NCBI GenBank assembly: GCA_964016885.1 | Contig: OZ024746.1 | Location: 80,414,001-80,478,000, forward strand | Origin: Eledone cirrhosa | Lineage: Eukaryota | Direction: 5' to 3' | DNA length: 64,000 nt | Shown here: piece after piece, positions 39,976 to 53,774 of the stretch | Layout of the letters: every line of letters begins with the position of its first letter | How positions within the stretch are numbered: position 1 is the stretch's first letter | Program-made: the position numbers and the translations under genes | Notes under the pieces: generated by a model | The model's database searches: none | The model's input: only the letters and a program-made list of their open reading frames with translations | What the model was told of the DNA's origin: nothing

Positions 39976-40794
39976 TGTAATTGCCCTTTTTGCGAACTGG
40001 GGACGCAGTTGGCATCATAATTATAGATTGGAGATAGGATAGCGATGTTGAGTTGCTGATAGCTGCGATGTTTATTATGACAGTGAGTTAATTTTATTGT
40101 CGGTCAAGCATTGGATTTTATATAGGATGTAAGGAAGGGGGGGGGGGGGGTAAAAATCTTGTTATTGATTTTTGTAGGATTGCTTTTGTAGTGTAAGAAA
40201 TGTTATGAGTAAAGAAGACTATGGGATGTGTGGCTGTATGTAGCAAGGTAGAGAATGGCACTGCGAAATTCCACCACTTGACAGTCAATTCCCTATTCCA
40301 TCCGCTAGGACCACGAGGTGGTCAGTTACTTGGGTCCCGCACGCCAATGATTGTTCTTCATTACCGTCCGGGTTTAGAATGCATTGTCTGATAATCATAG
40401 CTAGAACTCTTTGATCATATGTCTTCATGGTCCGGCATGACCTAGGTAGAACTCTAAATACAACAACAACAACAACAACAATAACAAGAGAAACAAACAA
40501 AAATAACAAGAAAAAAAACAGAAACAACAACACCTAGTTGTGCTGTCGTCACATTTGTTCTGTAATCGCCTTTCAAACTCCAACTACGAAAAGCTGAGTA
40601 TGTTAGTTGGTGAAGAGGTTGTGATGAGGGCGGTGGCGACGTCAGTGGTAATGGTGGTTATGGTGGTTGTGGTGGTGATGATGATGGCAGCAGTGGTGAT
40701 GGTGGCGGTGGATGGTCAGTCAGTTACCAGGTGTGGTTCCTGTGCATTCTAATTTAAGCCATGCTCAATTGACCGGATGTATTATTTGTTTATA

Positions 40795-41214
<420 letters not shown>

Positions 41215-41244
41215 CCAAATAAAACATCAATTCCCATTCCTATA

Positions 41245-41637
41245 ATAATTGTTTCTACTTTAGGCACAAGGCCAGCAATGAAATCAGTGGTACTTAAGTA
41301 AAAGTACCACTTAAGTACTTAAGTACTTAAGTACTTAAGTGGTACTTTTATTTTATCGACCACATGAGGATGAAAGGCAAAGTTTAACCCCGGCGAGATT
41401 TGAACTCAGACCGCAAAGAGCCGTAACTCTATGCTGCAAAGCATGGCGTGTTTTTTTCAATATAGTTTCTGGAAAGAAACACTGCAGTTATTAATAATAA
41501 TTGTTTCTACTTTAGGCACAAGGCCAGCAATTACCCAGTGTATTACTGGTACTTTATTTTATCGACCCCGTAAGGATGAAAGGCAAAGTTAACCTCACCG
41601 GAATTTGAACTCAGGACGTAATGGGCCGTAACTCTAG
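41245..41637 (-). mobile_element. Two tRNA-headed SINE copies; the first contains a 52-bp palindrome
   Basis: SINE consensus at 41245-41450 and 41495-41637; palindrome at 41299-41350. Confidence 0.9.
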
Positions 41638-41889
41638 TTGAAATTAATGCATGCAAGATTTCACAGCTCTAGCATCACTCCTTCATAGTTTGCCTATGAA
41701 CTTTTCAGCCCACTCTCGTATGTTTTCTTATGGTTTAATTTGTTAAACCTTTTTTGTATGTTTTTTTTCTGTGTAGTATATTTTATATTTTGTATTCTAA
41801 AGCCATTCAAATCCACTTAAGGTAATTAACGTTTGTAAGGTGAGGGAAATGGAAGTAGTGGGAGGGGGGTAAAGGTGAGAAAGTGAAGG

Positions 41890-42100
41890 CTAAGCTAAAT
41901 TGTTTCTTTATTGGCCACAAGGACTGAAACATAAAGGACTATACAAAAATAAATACAAAAAAAAAGTGTAAACAAATAAAAAAGGTAACAATTACCAATA
42001 AAATACTAACAACAAAATTCCCCAATACGGGGGGGGGGGGGGGGGAGTGCCACCTATGGGTGATTTAAGAACCCTACAGATCCGAAGGAACCCAGAGAGC
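41890..42100 (-). mobile_element. Probable LINE 3' UTR/tail
   Basis: The minus strand ends TCCTTGTGGCCAATAAAGAAAC after a T-rich tract. A similar end (TTGTGGCAAATAAAGAAAT) is at ~29943-29980. Confidence 0.45.
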
Positions 42101-42109
42101 GAATCAAAA

Positions 42110-42290
42110 TAATTGTTTCTACTTTTGGCACAAGGCCAGCAAAAACCCAGTACATTACTGGTACTTTATTTTATCGACCCCGTAAGGATGAAAGGCAAAG
42201 TTAACCTCGGCGGGATTTGAACTCAGATCGTAAAGGGACATAACTCTTTGCGTCAAAGCATGGCGTCCGACCCTCTACTGATACTGCCAG
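42110..42290 (-). mobile_element. tRNA-headed SINE with a TSD
   Basis: GAATCAAAATAAT at 42101-42113 and 42290-42302. Confidence 0.9.
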
Positions 42291-42329
42291 AATCAAAATA
42301 ATAATGTGCATTGCTATACTAGGACACAC

Positions 42330-42392
<63 letters not shown>

Positions 42393-42396
42393 TCAT

Positions 42397-42429
<33 letters not shown>

Positions 42430-42441
42430 CATCACTACCAT

Positions 42442-42495
<54 letters not shown>
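42330..42495. repeat. (TAC)n/(CAC)n microsatellite
   Basis: Direct reading. Confidence 0.95.
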
Positions 42496-42904
42496 CATCC
42501 CACTTCCGCTCAAACACCTCTTTTCATCACATACATTGTCTTCTGCGCCCTAGTGTTAAACTGGGCGACAGATTGAGTTCACCACCCAAACAGGCCACAG
42601 CGGGGTTTTGAACTCAGAACACAAAAGGCTGGAACATATACTACAAGAGTCTGACGTTCTAACGATTCAACCTAGCCTGGCCCACCACCATAGACAGGTA
42701 CTTTATTTGTCGACCCTGGAAGAATGAAAGGTAAAGTTGACATCGGTGGGATTAGAATTAAAAAATGCAAAGAACCTAGTTATTAGGTTCTTAAGTATGA
42801 AATGTCCGATTTCCTTATGTATTTTCAATTTGGAATCGGACATTTTATACTTAATTATCTGATACAAACTACAAGACTGAGCTCTTCACGTTGTTGTTAA
42901 TTTG

Positions 42905-44135
42905 AAACGTTGTCGCTACTGTTGTCGTAGACGTTGCTGCTGCTGTTGTAGACGTTGCTGCTGCTGTTGATATTGCTGCTGTTGTTGATATTGCTGCTGT
43001 TGTTATTTTAGACGTTGCTGTTGTTGTTATTGTAGACGTTGCTGTTGTTGTAGACGTTATTGCTGCTGTTGTAGCTATTGTTGCAGCTGTTGTTGTAGAC
43101 GTTGCTGCTGTTGTTGGTATTGCTGCTGTTGTTATTTTAGACGTTGCTGTTGTTGTAGACGTTATTGCTGCTGTTGTAGCTATTGTTGCAGCTGTTGTTG
43201 TAGACGTTGCTGCTGGTGTTGCTATTGCTGCTGTTGTTATTGTAGACGTTGCTGATGCTGTTGTAGACGTTATTGCTGCTGTTGTAGCTATTGTTGCTGC
43301 TGTTGTTATTGTAGACGTTGCTGCTGCTGCTGCTGTTGTTGTAGACGTTTCTAATATTGTTGTAAACGTTATTGCTGTTGTAGCTATTGTTGCTGCTGTT
43401 GTAGACGTTACTGCTGTTGTTGTAGACGTTGCTGTTGTTGTAGATGTTGCTGCTGTTGTTATAGTTGTGTTCCAGATGTTGCTGCTGTTATTGTTCATGT
43501 AGTTTTGATGTAGACGTTGCTGGTGTTGTTGCTATTTTTGTGGTTGTTATTGTTGTTGCTATTGTTGTGGTCGTTATTGTTGTTGCTATTGTTGTGGTCG
43601 TTATTGTTGGTGCTATTGTTGTGGTCGTTATTGTTGGTGCTATTGTTGTGGGTGTTGTTGTGGTCGTTATTGTTGTTGCTATTGTTGTGGTCGTTATTGT
43701 TGGTGCTATTGTTGTGGGTGTTGTTGTGGTCGTTATTGTTGTTGCTATTGTTGTGGTCGTTATTGTTGTTGCTATTGTTGTGGGTGTTGTTGTGGTCGTT
43801 ATTGTTGTTACTATTGTTGTGGGTGTTGTTGTGGTCGTTATTGTTGTTGCTATTGTTGTGGGTGTTGTTGTGGTCGTTATTGTTGTTACTATTGTTGTGG
43901 GTGTTGTTGTGGTCGTTATTGTTGTTGCTATTGTTGTGGGTGTTGTTGTTGTTGCTATTGTTGTGGGTGTTGTTGTGGTCGTTATTGTTGTTGCTATTGT
44001 TGTGGTCGTTATTGTTGTTGCTATTGTTGTGGGTGTTGTTGTGGTCGTTATTGTTGTTGCTATTGTTGTGGGTGTTGTTGTTGTTGCTATTGTTGTGGGT
44101 GTTGTTGTGGTCGTTATTGTTGTTGCTATTCTTGA
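42905..44135. repeat. Cryptic (GTT/GCT)n trinucleotide array in two blocks
   Basis: Block 1 has GTAGACGTTGCTGCTGTT units. Block 2 has GTGGTCGTTATTGTTGTTGCTATTGTT(GTGGGTGTTGTT) units. Confidence 0.95.
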
Positions 44136-44459
44136 CGTTCTTCTAGTGGTCGATTGTGTTGTTGTTGTTTTTATTGTTTTTTTTGTGTTTGTTATTGTCT
44201 TGGTTCTTTCTTTCTTTCTTTCTTCTTCTTCTTCTTCTTCTTCTTCTCCCCCTCGCCCACCCTCTCTCTCACTCGAAACCAGCAACAACAACAACAACAA
44301 CAGCAACAACAACAAAACAATTAAACGTTGTAAATGGGAGAGGCGATGGTGGTGGCGGTGGCGATAATGGTTGAGAGAGGGAGAGAGAGGGGAGAGGGGA
44401 GAGGAGACACACATAGAGAGGGAGGGAGAGAGAGAGAGAGGGGGGAGACACACATAGAG

Positions 44460-44515
<56 letters not shown>

Positions 44516-44740
44516 CACATCTATAAACAAGCGAAGTAGTCTACCTAATGAATCTTATCTGATTCACCTATCCAGGTGTTCCTCCTCATAAGAGTCTCAG
44601 TAGATTCTCAAGGAGGCTTAGCCACTGCTATAACATTCTCATCGAGATCCACTTCAATGATTCTGCTCGCCGCCGCCGCCGCCACTTTCAACCAACCAAC
44701 CCGTCTCCTTATTATCATTATTATTCATTCTGTATGCCAG

Positions 44741-44814
<74 letters not shown>

Positions 44815-44894
44815 TCTTTCTCTTTCTCTTTCTCTCTCTCTCTATCTCTCTCTCCCTCTCCCACTCTCTCTTTCTCTTTCTCTTTCTCTCTGTT

Positions 44895-44925
<31 letters not shown>

Positions 44926-45023
44926 GTGTCTGTGTGTGTGTGTATGTGTGTTTGTGTTGTGTGCACTTGTATGTGATTCTGTGCCTGTATTGGAAACCAT
45001 ATATATATATATATACATAATAT

Positions 45024-45103
<80 letters not shown>

Positions 45104-45111
45104 GTATGTAT

Positions 45112-45190
<79 letters not shown>

Positions 45191-45296
45191 ACCTATACAA
45201 TACATGTGCACACATGCGGCCATATACAATACGTGAAGATATGCAAATTCACGTGATACGTGAATGCGTTTGTGTACTTACATACTCATAAGTAAG

Positions 45297-45341
<45 letters not shown>

Positions 45342-45537
45342 TTCTAATATATTATCACACACACATATTTAATATATTATCACACCACATTAGGTTTGGG
45401 AGCTTAGTTCACTGATGTGTCGTGTGTGCGATATCATTTATAACTCATAGCTCAAAGAGCTTGGACAGCCACAACCACAACCGCCACAAACTAGCTCTGC
45501 TGCTCTAGGGTTCTAGAACTCTGCCATTATTTACACT

Positions 45538-45648
45538 TTCAAATCCCGCCGAGGTTAACTTTGCCTTTTATCCTTACGGGGTCGATAAAATAAAGTACCA
45601 GTAATGTACTGGGTAATTGCTGGTCTTGTGCCAAAAGTAGAAACAATT
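45538..45648 (+). mobile_element. 5'-truncated tRNA-headed SINE with a TSD
   Basis: Starts at the B box TTCAAATCC. ATTATTTACACT lies on both sides. Confidence 0.9.
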
Positions 45649-46069
45649 ATTTACACTGGTCTGGTACCTTATTTATCGACACCTCCACCCTTCAAGGACG
45701 AAATGCCAAGTTCCATTCCAGTATTGTGGTCATTTTTTCTCCTCCTCCTCCCCCCCCCCCTCTCTCTCTCTCTCTGGATGAAATCAACTGCGTTCAGACT
45801 TGAAGAGAGTTAGATAAATTCTGTGAGGTTTAAAAGCTCAAGAAACAGTTTGAAACGATGGCGTCCTTACGACTCATCAAGAGTTCGGGTCCCATGGATG
45901 GACGCATATATCAATTTGAACACGGCACACATGGTCTCAGAAGAACGGTACAGCAATCACTCACACACATGGGTTGCCTTTCGATGGAATTTGAAGGAAA
46001 TTATCCTTTTGAAATAAACATACATACGATGCTCATCATTGATGAGTTAATATATGTATACAACAACTA

Positions 46070-46335
46070 CAACGGTACGCGATGGGGCCCACCCACAGCC
46101 CCGCCGGACAGAATGGAGGACGGCAAGGGAGACGCGGTGGAAAAGCCATTCCAACTCGCGGGGCTCACACCTGCGGCTGGCCAGCTCAGCGCCTATGGTG
46201 GTGAGTAAGGAGGTAGCCCTGGGGTCGAGGACACCAGAAGTTTCCACTGCCAGGGGTACGACCGCAAACCTGTCGGAGAGCGACCGGTATTTGAGGAGTT
46301 TGGCCCCCTCAGCCCGACCTGCAGCAGAACCTGGG
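46070..46335 (-). mobile_element. CRE-like retrotransposon C-terminal fragment
   Basis: PGSAAGRAEGAKLLKYRSLSDRFAVVPLAVETSGVLDPRA..IGAELA..EPRELEWLFHRVSLAV matches the RLE C-terminal motif E..K..KY..P.AVET.G. Confidence 0.85.
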
Positions 46336-46850
46336 TATATATTGATATATTGAAGGTAGATACGGAAAGTAAAAGAGTGTTGTCATATAGAGAGTGAAGA
46401 GAGACAGAGAGTAAAGCAGTTAAATTATAGAGAGGGTGAAAGAGGGAAAGAGAGAGAGACGACGCTCAGCTTTATAATATTAGAGAGTGAAGAGCGACAG
46501 AGAGAGTGAAGCAGTTAAATTATAGAGAGGGGGGGAGAACGATGGAGAGAGTAAAGCTAAGAAACTATAGGGAGGTGTGTAGGATACATACATACATAAT
46601 ACACACGACACTCAGCTTTATATTTATAATATTATACACATTGTGTGTGTGTGCGTCTGCGTGTGTGTGCTTGTGTGTGCGTGTGTGTGCATCCGTGTGT
46701 GTATGTGTGGGCAAATAAAACGTGTTCGGACGTGCATGTGTATTAATGTATATGCATAAATCTACTTCAAATGCAGAAATACACACACACACACACACAC
46801 ACATACATATATATATATGCACACATATATATATATAAATATGCACACAA

Positions 46851-46889
<39 letters not shown>

Positions 46890-47329
46890 TGCACATATAT
46901 ATATATATATATATATATGGGCGCACAAACACACACACACACACACAAACATACACACACAGATATATAAATATATAAGTAAATGTAGTCAATTATATGG
47001 GTATGTACGTGCTTGGCCACTTGTAAGTAGAAATCGAGAGAGAGAAGGAGATTAAAAAGGATGAGAGAGGTAAAAGAGAGAAAGGAGTGAAAGGGTGGAA
47101 GAGCGAGAGAGGGGGGGAGAGCTAGAGAGAGAGAGAGAGAAAGAGAGAGAGAGGTGGGGGGAATAGTGGACACTCGATCTCGATCAAATAGGGAAAGTAT
47201 ATACATGAGCACTCTCGATTAAACAATAAGGATACTTTGCAGTGTAAATCTGAAGTTGTTTGTAGCGATGTACCGACTGTGTGTGTCTTTATACGATATA
47301 TATATATATATATATATACACACACCCAC

Positions 47330-47402
<73 letters not shown>

Positions 47403-47445
47403 TATATACACACACACACATATATATATATATGTATGTATATAT

Positions 47446-47560
<115 letters not shown>

Positions 47561-47731
47561 TATATATGTATACATATGTGTACGTATTTGTATGTGTGTG
47601 TATGTATGTATGTATATGTTTATATATGTGTAACTCAGAAGTTGTTTCTTTATATATATATTCAGTATATATATTTGTATATATATATATACGATATTAA
47701 TAAATGGAAACTATAGAACTTTTGCATATAT

Positions 47732-47905
47732 ATAGGAACCAGTAAGACCCCGACAGCTGAGCTCAAGCCGTTTCGACGGCTAATTCGAAACGGCTTGAGC
47801 TCAGCTGTCGGGGTCTTACTGGTTCCTATTACCCACTCTACTATCTCAAGTATTGAGTACTTTGGTGCGTTATGGTCCACCTGGTTCCTTACCACATTTC
47901 CTTCG

Positions 47906-47908
<3 letters not shown>
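47732..47908 (+). mobile_element. Family A repeat with a 5' fold-back (45-bp perfect arms, 8-nt loop) inside TA-rich sequence
   Basis: Arms 47732-47776 and 47785-47829, loop CGGCTAAT, tail to TTCCTTCGTTATA. Confidence 0.8.
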
Positions 47909-47953
<45 letters not shown>

Positions 47954-47981
47954 TTATATATACCTTTTCACATATATATGT

Positions 47982-48017
<36 letters not shown>

Positions 48018-48283
48018 GTATACATATGTGTACGTATTTGTATGTATGTGTGTGTATGTATGTATGTATATGTTTTTATATGTGTAAATCAGAAGTTGTT
48101 TCTTTATATATATATTCAATTAATATATATAGTTACCTTTATATATATATATATATATATATGAGGAAGTGTGGATGTGTGTGTATCTATGCGTTTATAC
48201 ATGTGTGAATGTATGTAGGTGTGTATGTATCTATGCGTGTTTGCATCTCTCTCTCTCTCTCCCCCTCTCTCTCTCTCTCTCTC

Positions 48284-48323
<40 letters not shown>

Positions 48324-48467
48324 CCTCTCTCTCTGTATATATATATCGACAAGGATTATTAAAACATTTAATAGACCTACGAATGTTTCACTAACTAACA
48401 GATATGAAGAGTTCATTCTAATACGCCGCATAGCTCATCAGAGTTAATTACACACACACACACACGC

Positions 48468-48506
<39 letters not shown>

Positions 48507-48511
48507 GACGC

Positions 48512-48574
<63 letters not shown>

Positions 48575-48586
48575 ATAATACATATA

Positions 48587-48649
<63 letters not shown>

Positions 48650-48775
48650 TTTGTTTCTACTTTAGGTGCAAGGCCAGCAATTACCCAGTGCATTACTGGT
48701 ACTTTATTTTATCGACCCCGTAAGGAAAAGGCAAAGTCAACCTTGGCGGGATTTGAACTCAGAATGGCAAGGGTC
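48650..48775 (-). mobile_element. 5'-truncated tRNA-headed SINE
   Basis: Tail, core and B box are present, with an (AAT)n tail. Confidence 0.85.
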
Positions 48776-48997
48776 TATAATAATAATAATAACAACGATT
48801 TGTTATGTCTTCATTACGTTTATTGGTTGGTGACGCGCGTTTCGCTATTGATCAGCTCAAAGTTCGATCTGTATCGATCTAGCCCGACTCTGGAATCAAG
48901 AGCTCGTCGTACCTCTGCTGTTGTAATGAAATTATAGAGAGAGAAAGTTACTGGACTGTCCATGAGTTTTCCGTTGTTTTTTTGCCTGGTGTGATCC

Positions 48998-49041
<44 letters not shown>

Positions 49042-49146
49042 TGTGTGTGTGTGCGCGTGCGCGTGTGTATATATATATATACGGTTAAGAGTTTTTGGTT
49101 ATCAATGTATGATGCACTAGAATCGATTTATAAACGCAAAATATAC

Positions 49147-49185
<39 letters not shown>

Positions 49186-49265
49186 GTATATGTGTGTATG
49201 TGTGCATATACATAATATATATATATATAGTTTTATATGCACACACACACATATGCATGTATATA

Positions 49266-49296
<31 letters not shown>

Positions 49297-50027
49297 GTGT
49301 GCGTGTGTGTAGGAATATATAAGATATATACAAAATATATATGGAGTCGACATGTATAAATATAATGTGTTTGTATTTTTATTAAATATGTCGAAGTAAG
49401 CTTGTAGCCACCCGAGATCGTTGTCAGAGGTGTAACATGATTTATTACAAACCTGAGCATCTCTAACACGATCCTTTACTCAGTATGTATGTAACACTTG
49501 TTCTCTTGTTCCTCCTTATTCTGCTATTTTACACAATTCTTATATTCCTATGTTTTATGTCCTTGTTTTCTATTCTAACATTCCTTCATTCTTTCTTTTC
49601 CTCTGATCTATCATTCTTTTTTCTTCCTTTCTTTTGTTTTGTTTGTTTGTTTGTTTGTTCGTTGTTGTTGTTGTTGTTTTTAGCAGAAAAACACCAGAAA
49701 TTAAACAAACAACACCAAAATATTCTTTCTTTATCCTTTTTTTTTTTTTTCTGAGTTCGTTCTTCAGTTATTTCTTGTTGTTGATGTCTTTTTTGTGTTA
49801 AATGTGAGAAACGAACAATAACAACAACAGCAACAACAGCAACAACAACAACAATAGGTAATATTTTTTAAGCGTGTATAACATAACATAACATTTCTTA
49901 AAGGTAGTACAGAGGAATACGATACATCCCAAAAGCAAACATCCGTGTAACTGTAAATAAGCACAGGCATGCACGCACGCACACACACACACACACACAT
50001 GCACGCACACACACACACACACACATG

Positions 50028-50103
<76 letters not shown>

Positions 50104-50204
50104 CATACACACACACACACACACTGTCACATACTCACATACGCACACACTCACACTTCTTCCGATTAAAGTTTAATCCTTTCGTCCCCGTGTTTCTAAC
50201 GAGA

Positions 50205-51220
50205 TATAATAATTGTTTCTACTTTTGGCACAAGTCCAGCAAATATCCCAGACCGTAAAGGGGGGTAACTCTATGCTGCAAAGCATGTCGTCGATATTCT
50301 ATCGATTCTGCCAATCCACCGCCTCAAAATATAATAATTGTGTCTACTTTTGGCACAAGGCCAGCAATCACCCAGTGCATTACTGGTACTTTATTTTATC
50401 CACCGCGTAAGGATGAAAGGCAAAGTTAACCTCGACGGGATTTGAAATCAGAATGGCAAGGGCCGTAACTCTATGCTGGAAAGCATGATGTGCGACCCTC
50501 TACCGATACTGCCAATCCACCGCCACGAAATATAATAATGGTTTCTTATATAGGCACAAGGCCATCATAGTTTGGTGGGAGGGGTGAAAGTCGATTAAAT
50601 TTACCTCAGTACATGACTGGTACTTTATTTTATCGACTCCGTAAGGATGAAAGGCAAAGCTAACCTCGGCGGGATTTGAATTCAGAACGTAAAGAGCCAT
50701 AACTCAATGCCACAAAGCATGTTATCTGACGCTCTACCGATTCTGCCAATGCACCACCCTCTAATGAAATGTAATAAACACACAGCCAAGAAAAAAAAAA
50801 TGTGGAGAAATTTAATCAAATAACTAACAGTTTCATTTAATAAAATAATTGTTTCTACTCTTGGCACAAGGCCAGCAATTCTCCAGTACATTACTGGTAC
50901 TTTATTTTATCGACCCCGTAAGGATGAAAGGCAAAGTTAACCTCGACGGGATTTGAACTCAGACCGTAAAGGGACGTAACTCTGCTAGAAAGGATGGCGT
51001 CCAACCCTCTACTGATACTGTCAATTCATTTAAAATAATTGTTTCTACTTTTGGCACAAGGCCAGCAATTAACCAGTACATTACAGGTACTTTATTTTAT
51101 CGACCCCGTAAGGATGAAAGGCAAAGTTAACCTCGGCGGTATTTGAACTCAGAATGGCAAGGGCCGTAACTCTATGCGTCAAAGCATGGCGTCCGACCCT
51201 CTACCGTTACTGCCAATCCA
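50205..51220 (-). mobile_element. Tandem cluster of five tRNA-headed SINEs
   Basis: Copies at ~50205-50325 (internally deleted), 50332-50525, 50535-50760, 50845-51030 and 51035-51220. Confidence 0.9.
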
Positions 51221-52104
51221 AATAATAGTGGGGCGGCCAGTGCTTGGGGCCCCATTTGCTCATAATAGTGAGGGATGGGAGGGCGAGAGAGATGGAGACG
51301 AGTGATGGACAGTTTTGTATGATAGAACCAAAGGTTTCAGGTGGGTTAGTATGAAAATGATTAATAAACAACAAGTTCTCTACTTCCTCCTCTCTTTTCT
51401 CTCTCTTTCTCCTTCACCTCTCCTCTGTCTGTCTGTTGGTTGTCAGTCTTCCTCTTGCTTTCTTTATGTTTCTCTCTTCTTTCCGCCTCTCTCTTCCTCT
51501 TCTCTCTCTTTCTCTCTCTCTTTCCCTCTTTCTCTCGTTTACTTTATCTTTCTCTCTGCACATGTGCAACCCTTTATCTTTCTCTCTTTCTCTCATTCTC
51601 TCTCTCTCTCTTTCTCTCTCTTTTCCTTTTCCTTTCGTTCTCTTTATCTTTCTCTTTTCTTTCTGATCCTCTCTCACTTCTTATCTGTCCGTCTTTCTCT
51701 CTCTCCCTCTCCCTATCTGTCTATCCGTTTTTCTCTCTTCCTCTCGTTCTCTTTATCTTTCTCTCCCCTTCTTTCGGACCCCTACTCTGGTCCCCTTCTC
51801 TTCTCCTTACAAAAAGGAGTCTCGTGCAAATTAAAAGGAAGAAAAGAACGAACGAAACAAAACAATAGGAACAACATATCCCACTCTATCTTGTTGGACC
51901 CCAATTCAACTTAGCCCCCACTTAACAGTCACATAAAACCTTATTACCCCACGTCCCCTGCTTACTTACACTCTCTAGGTCATTCAGTCAAGGTTTATCA
52001 CGTGTTTATTCTAAATGACTTTCTTATCAAGAATTTATTTATAAGTCACAACTCAATGATTCCCTTCAGGTCTGCTTGGCAGACATTTTCATTACTTATG
52101 GCAA

Positions 52105-53345
52105 CAAGGACGGTGAATTGGCTGTATCGGTAGAGGGTCGGACGCCATGCTTTGACGCATAGAGTTACGGCCCTTGCCATTCTGAGTTCAAATCCCGCCG
52201 AGGTTAACTTTGCCTTTCATCCTTACGGGGTCGATAAAATAAAGTACCAGTAATACACTGGTATAATTGCTGGCCTTGTGCCAATAGTAGAAACAATTAT
52301 TTTAAATGAATTGACAGTATCAGTAGAGGGTCGGACGCCATCCTTTCTAGCAGAGTTACGCCCCTTTACGGTCTGAGTTCAAATCCCGTCGAGGTTAACT
52401 TTGCCTTTCATCCTTACGGGGTCGATAAAATAAAGTACCAGTAATGTACTGGGGTAATTGCTGGCCTTGTGCCAATAGTAGAAACAATTATTTATGGTAA
52501 CGGTCCCGCTCTGCAATTTGGGGACATACCAGCGTCCTCGCACTGGGGTCATCGGCCTTCACCCTCCCCACGATTGTGCCCAAAAGTAGAAACAATTATT
52601 TATGGCAACAAGGAGGGCGCTGGATTGGCTGTATCGGTAGAGCATCAGACACCATGCTTTGCGGCATAGAGTTGTGGCCCTTTACGGTCTGAGTTCAAAT
52701 CCCGCCGAGGTTAACTTTACCTTTCATCCTTACGGAGTCGATAAAATAAAGTACCAGTAATGCACTGAGGTAATTGCTGGCCTTGTGCCAATAGTAGAAA
52801 CAATTATTACGAGGTCGATAAAATAAAGTACCAGTAATGCACTGGGATAATTGCTGGCCTTGTGCCTAAAGTAGAAACAATTATTTATGGCAACAAGGAG
52901 GGCGATGGATTTGCTGTATTGGTAGAGCGTCAGACACCATGCTTGCAGCATAGAGTTATGGCCCTTTACATTCTGAATTCAAATCCCGCCGAGGTTAACG
53001 TTGCTTTTCATCCTTATTGGGTCGATAAAATAAATCACCAGTAACGTACTGGAGTCGATTTAATCGACTTTCCCCCTCTCCCAAATTACTGGCCTTGTGC
53101 CTATACTAAAAATCATTATTTATGGCAACAAGGGCGGTGGTTTTGCAATTTCGGTAGGGCGTCAGACACCATGCTTTGCAGCATAGAGTGATGGCCCTTT
53201 ACGGTTTGATTTCGAATCCCGCTGAGGTTAGCTTTGGCTTTCACCCTTATGGTGTGGATAAAATAAGTATTTGTCACGTACTGGGGCCGATTTAATCGAC
53301 TTTCTCCTCTACCCAAATTGTTGGCCTTGCACCGAAATCAAAAAC
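52105..53345 (+). mobile_element. Tandem cluster of ~5 whole plus partial tRNA-headed SINEs
   Basis: Repeated consensus. Several junctions share the linker ATTTATGGCAACAAGG. Confidence 0.9.
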
Positions 53346-53483
53346 TGCAACACATTAGAAACTAAAATCTTTACATTGATACTGCAAATTTTCTTAACGA
53401 TCTGTTCATTAGTAAAGATACTACAAACATTTGAATGAATAAAACCCCGCAATGCGTTAATGATGAGCTATAACCCTCTATAC

Positions 53484-53774
53484 CAGTCATGGGTAACTTG
53501 CGGCCCGCAAAGCTTTCTGAATGGCTCACCAAAATCACCTAAGTGAAATCTTTCCGATTTTTTTACCCAAACTTTGGAGTCGTAATTTGTCTTTCTATCA
53601 TTTTTCCGACTGAAGAAAACAACGTGTACGAATTCTGAAGAAACAAATCAAAACAACCTGAGTTACCACCCCTTTTTTTAATGTGGACAAGAATGTATAC
53701 TAGCGCTTGCGACCCGCCTGATGATGAACTATATCTCATGCAGCCCACTTCTCGAAAAAGGTTGCCCATGCCTG
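53484..53774. mobile_element. Complete non-autonomous hAT (Charlie-like) MITE, 291 bp
   Basis: Imperfect TIRs CAGTCATGGGTAACTT and AGGTTGCCCATGCCTG; perfect 8-bp TSD CTCTATAC at 53476-53483 and 53775-53782. Confidence 0.92.

Noticed and set aside
45775-46030. Possible host exon in a non-repetitive island
   Set aside because: No convincing splice-site pair or recognisable protein similarity in any frame.
50205-53345. SINE clusters as tRNA genes or a CRISPR-like array
   Set aside because: The units have A/B boxes but no full cloverleaf, and continue into a SINE core and tail. There is no repeat-spacer regularity and no cas gene, and the DNA is eukaryotic.
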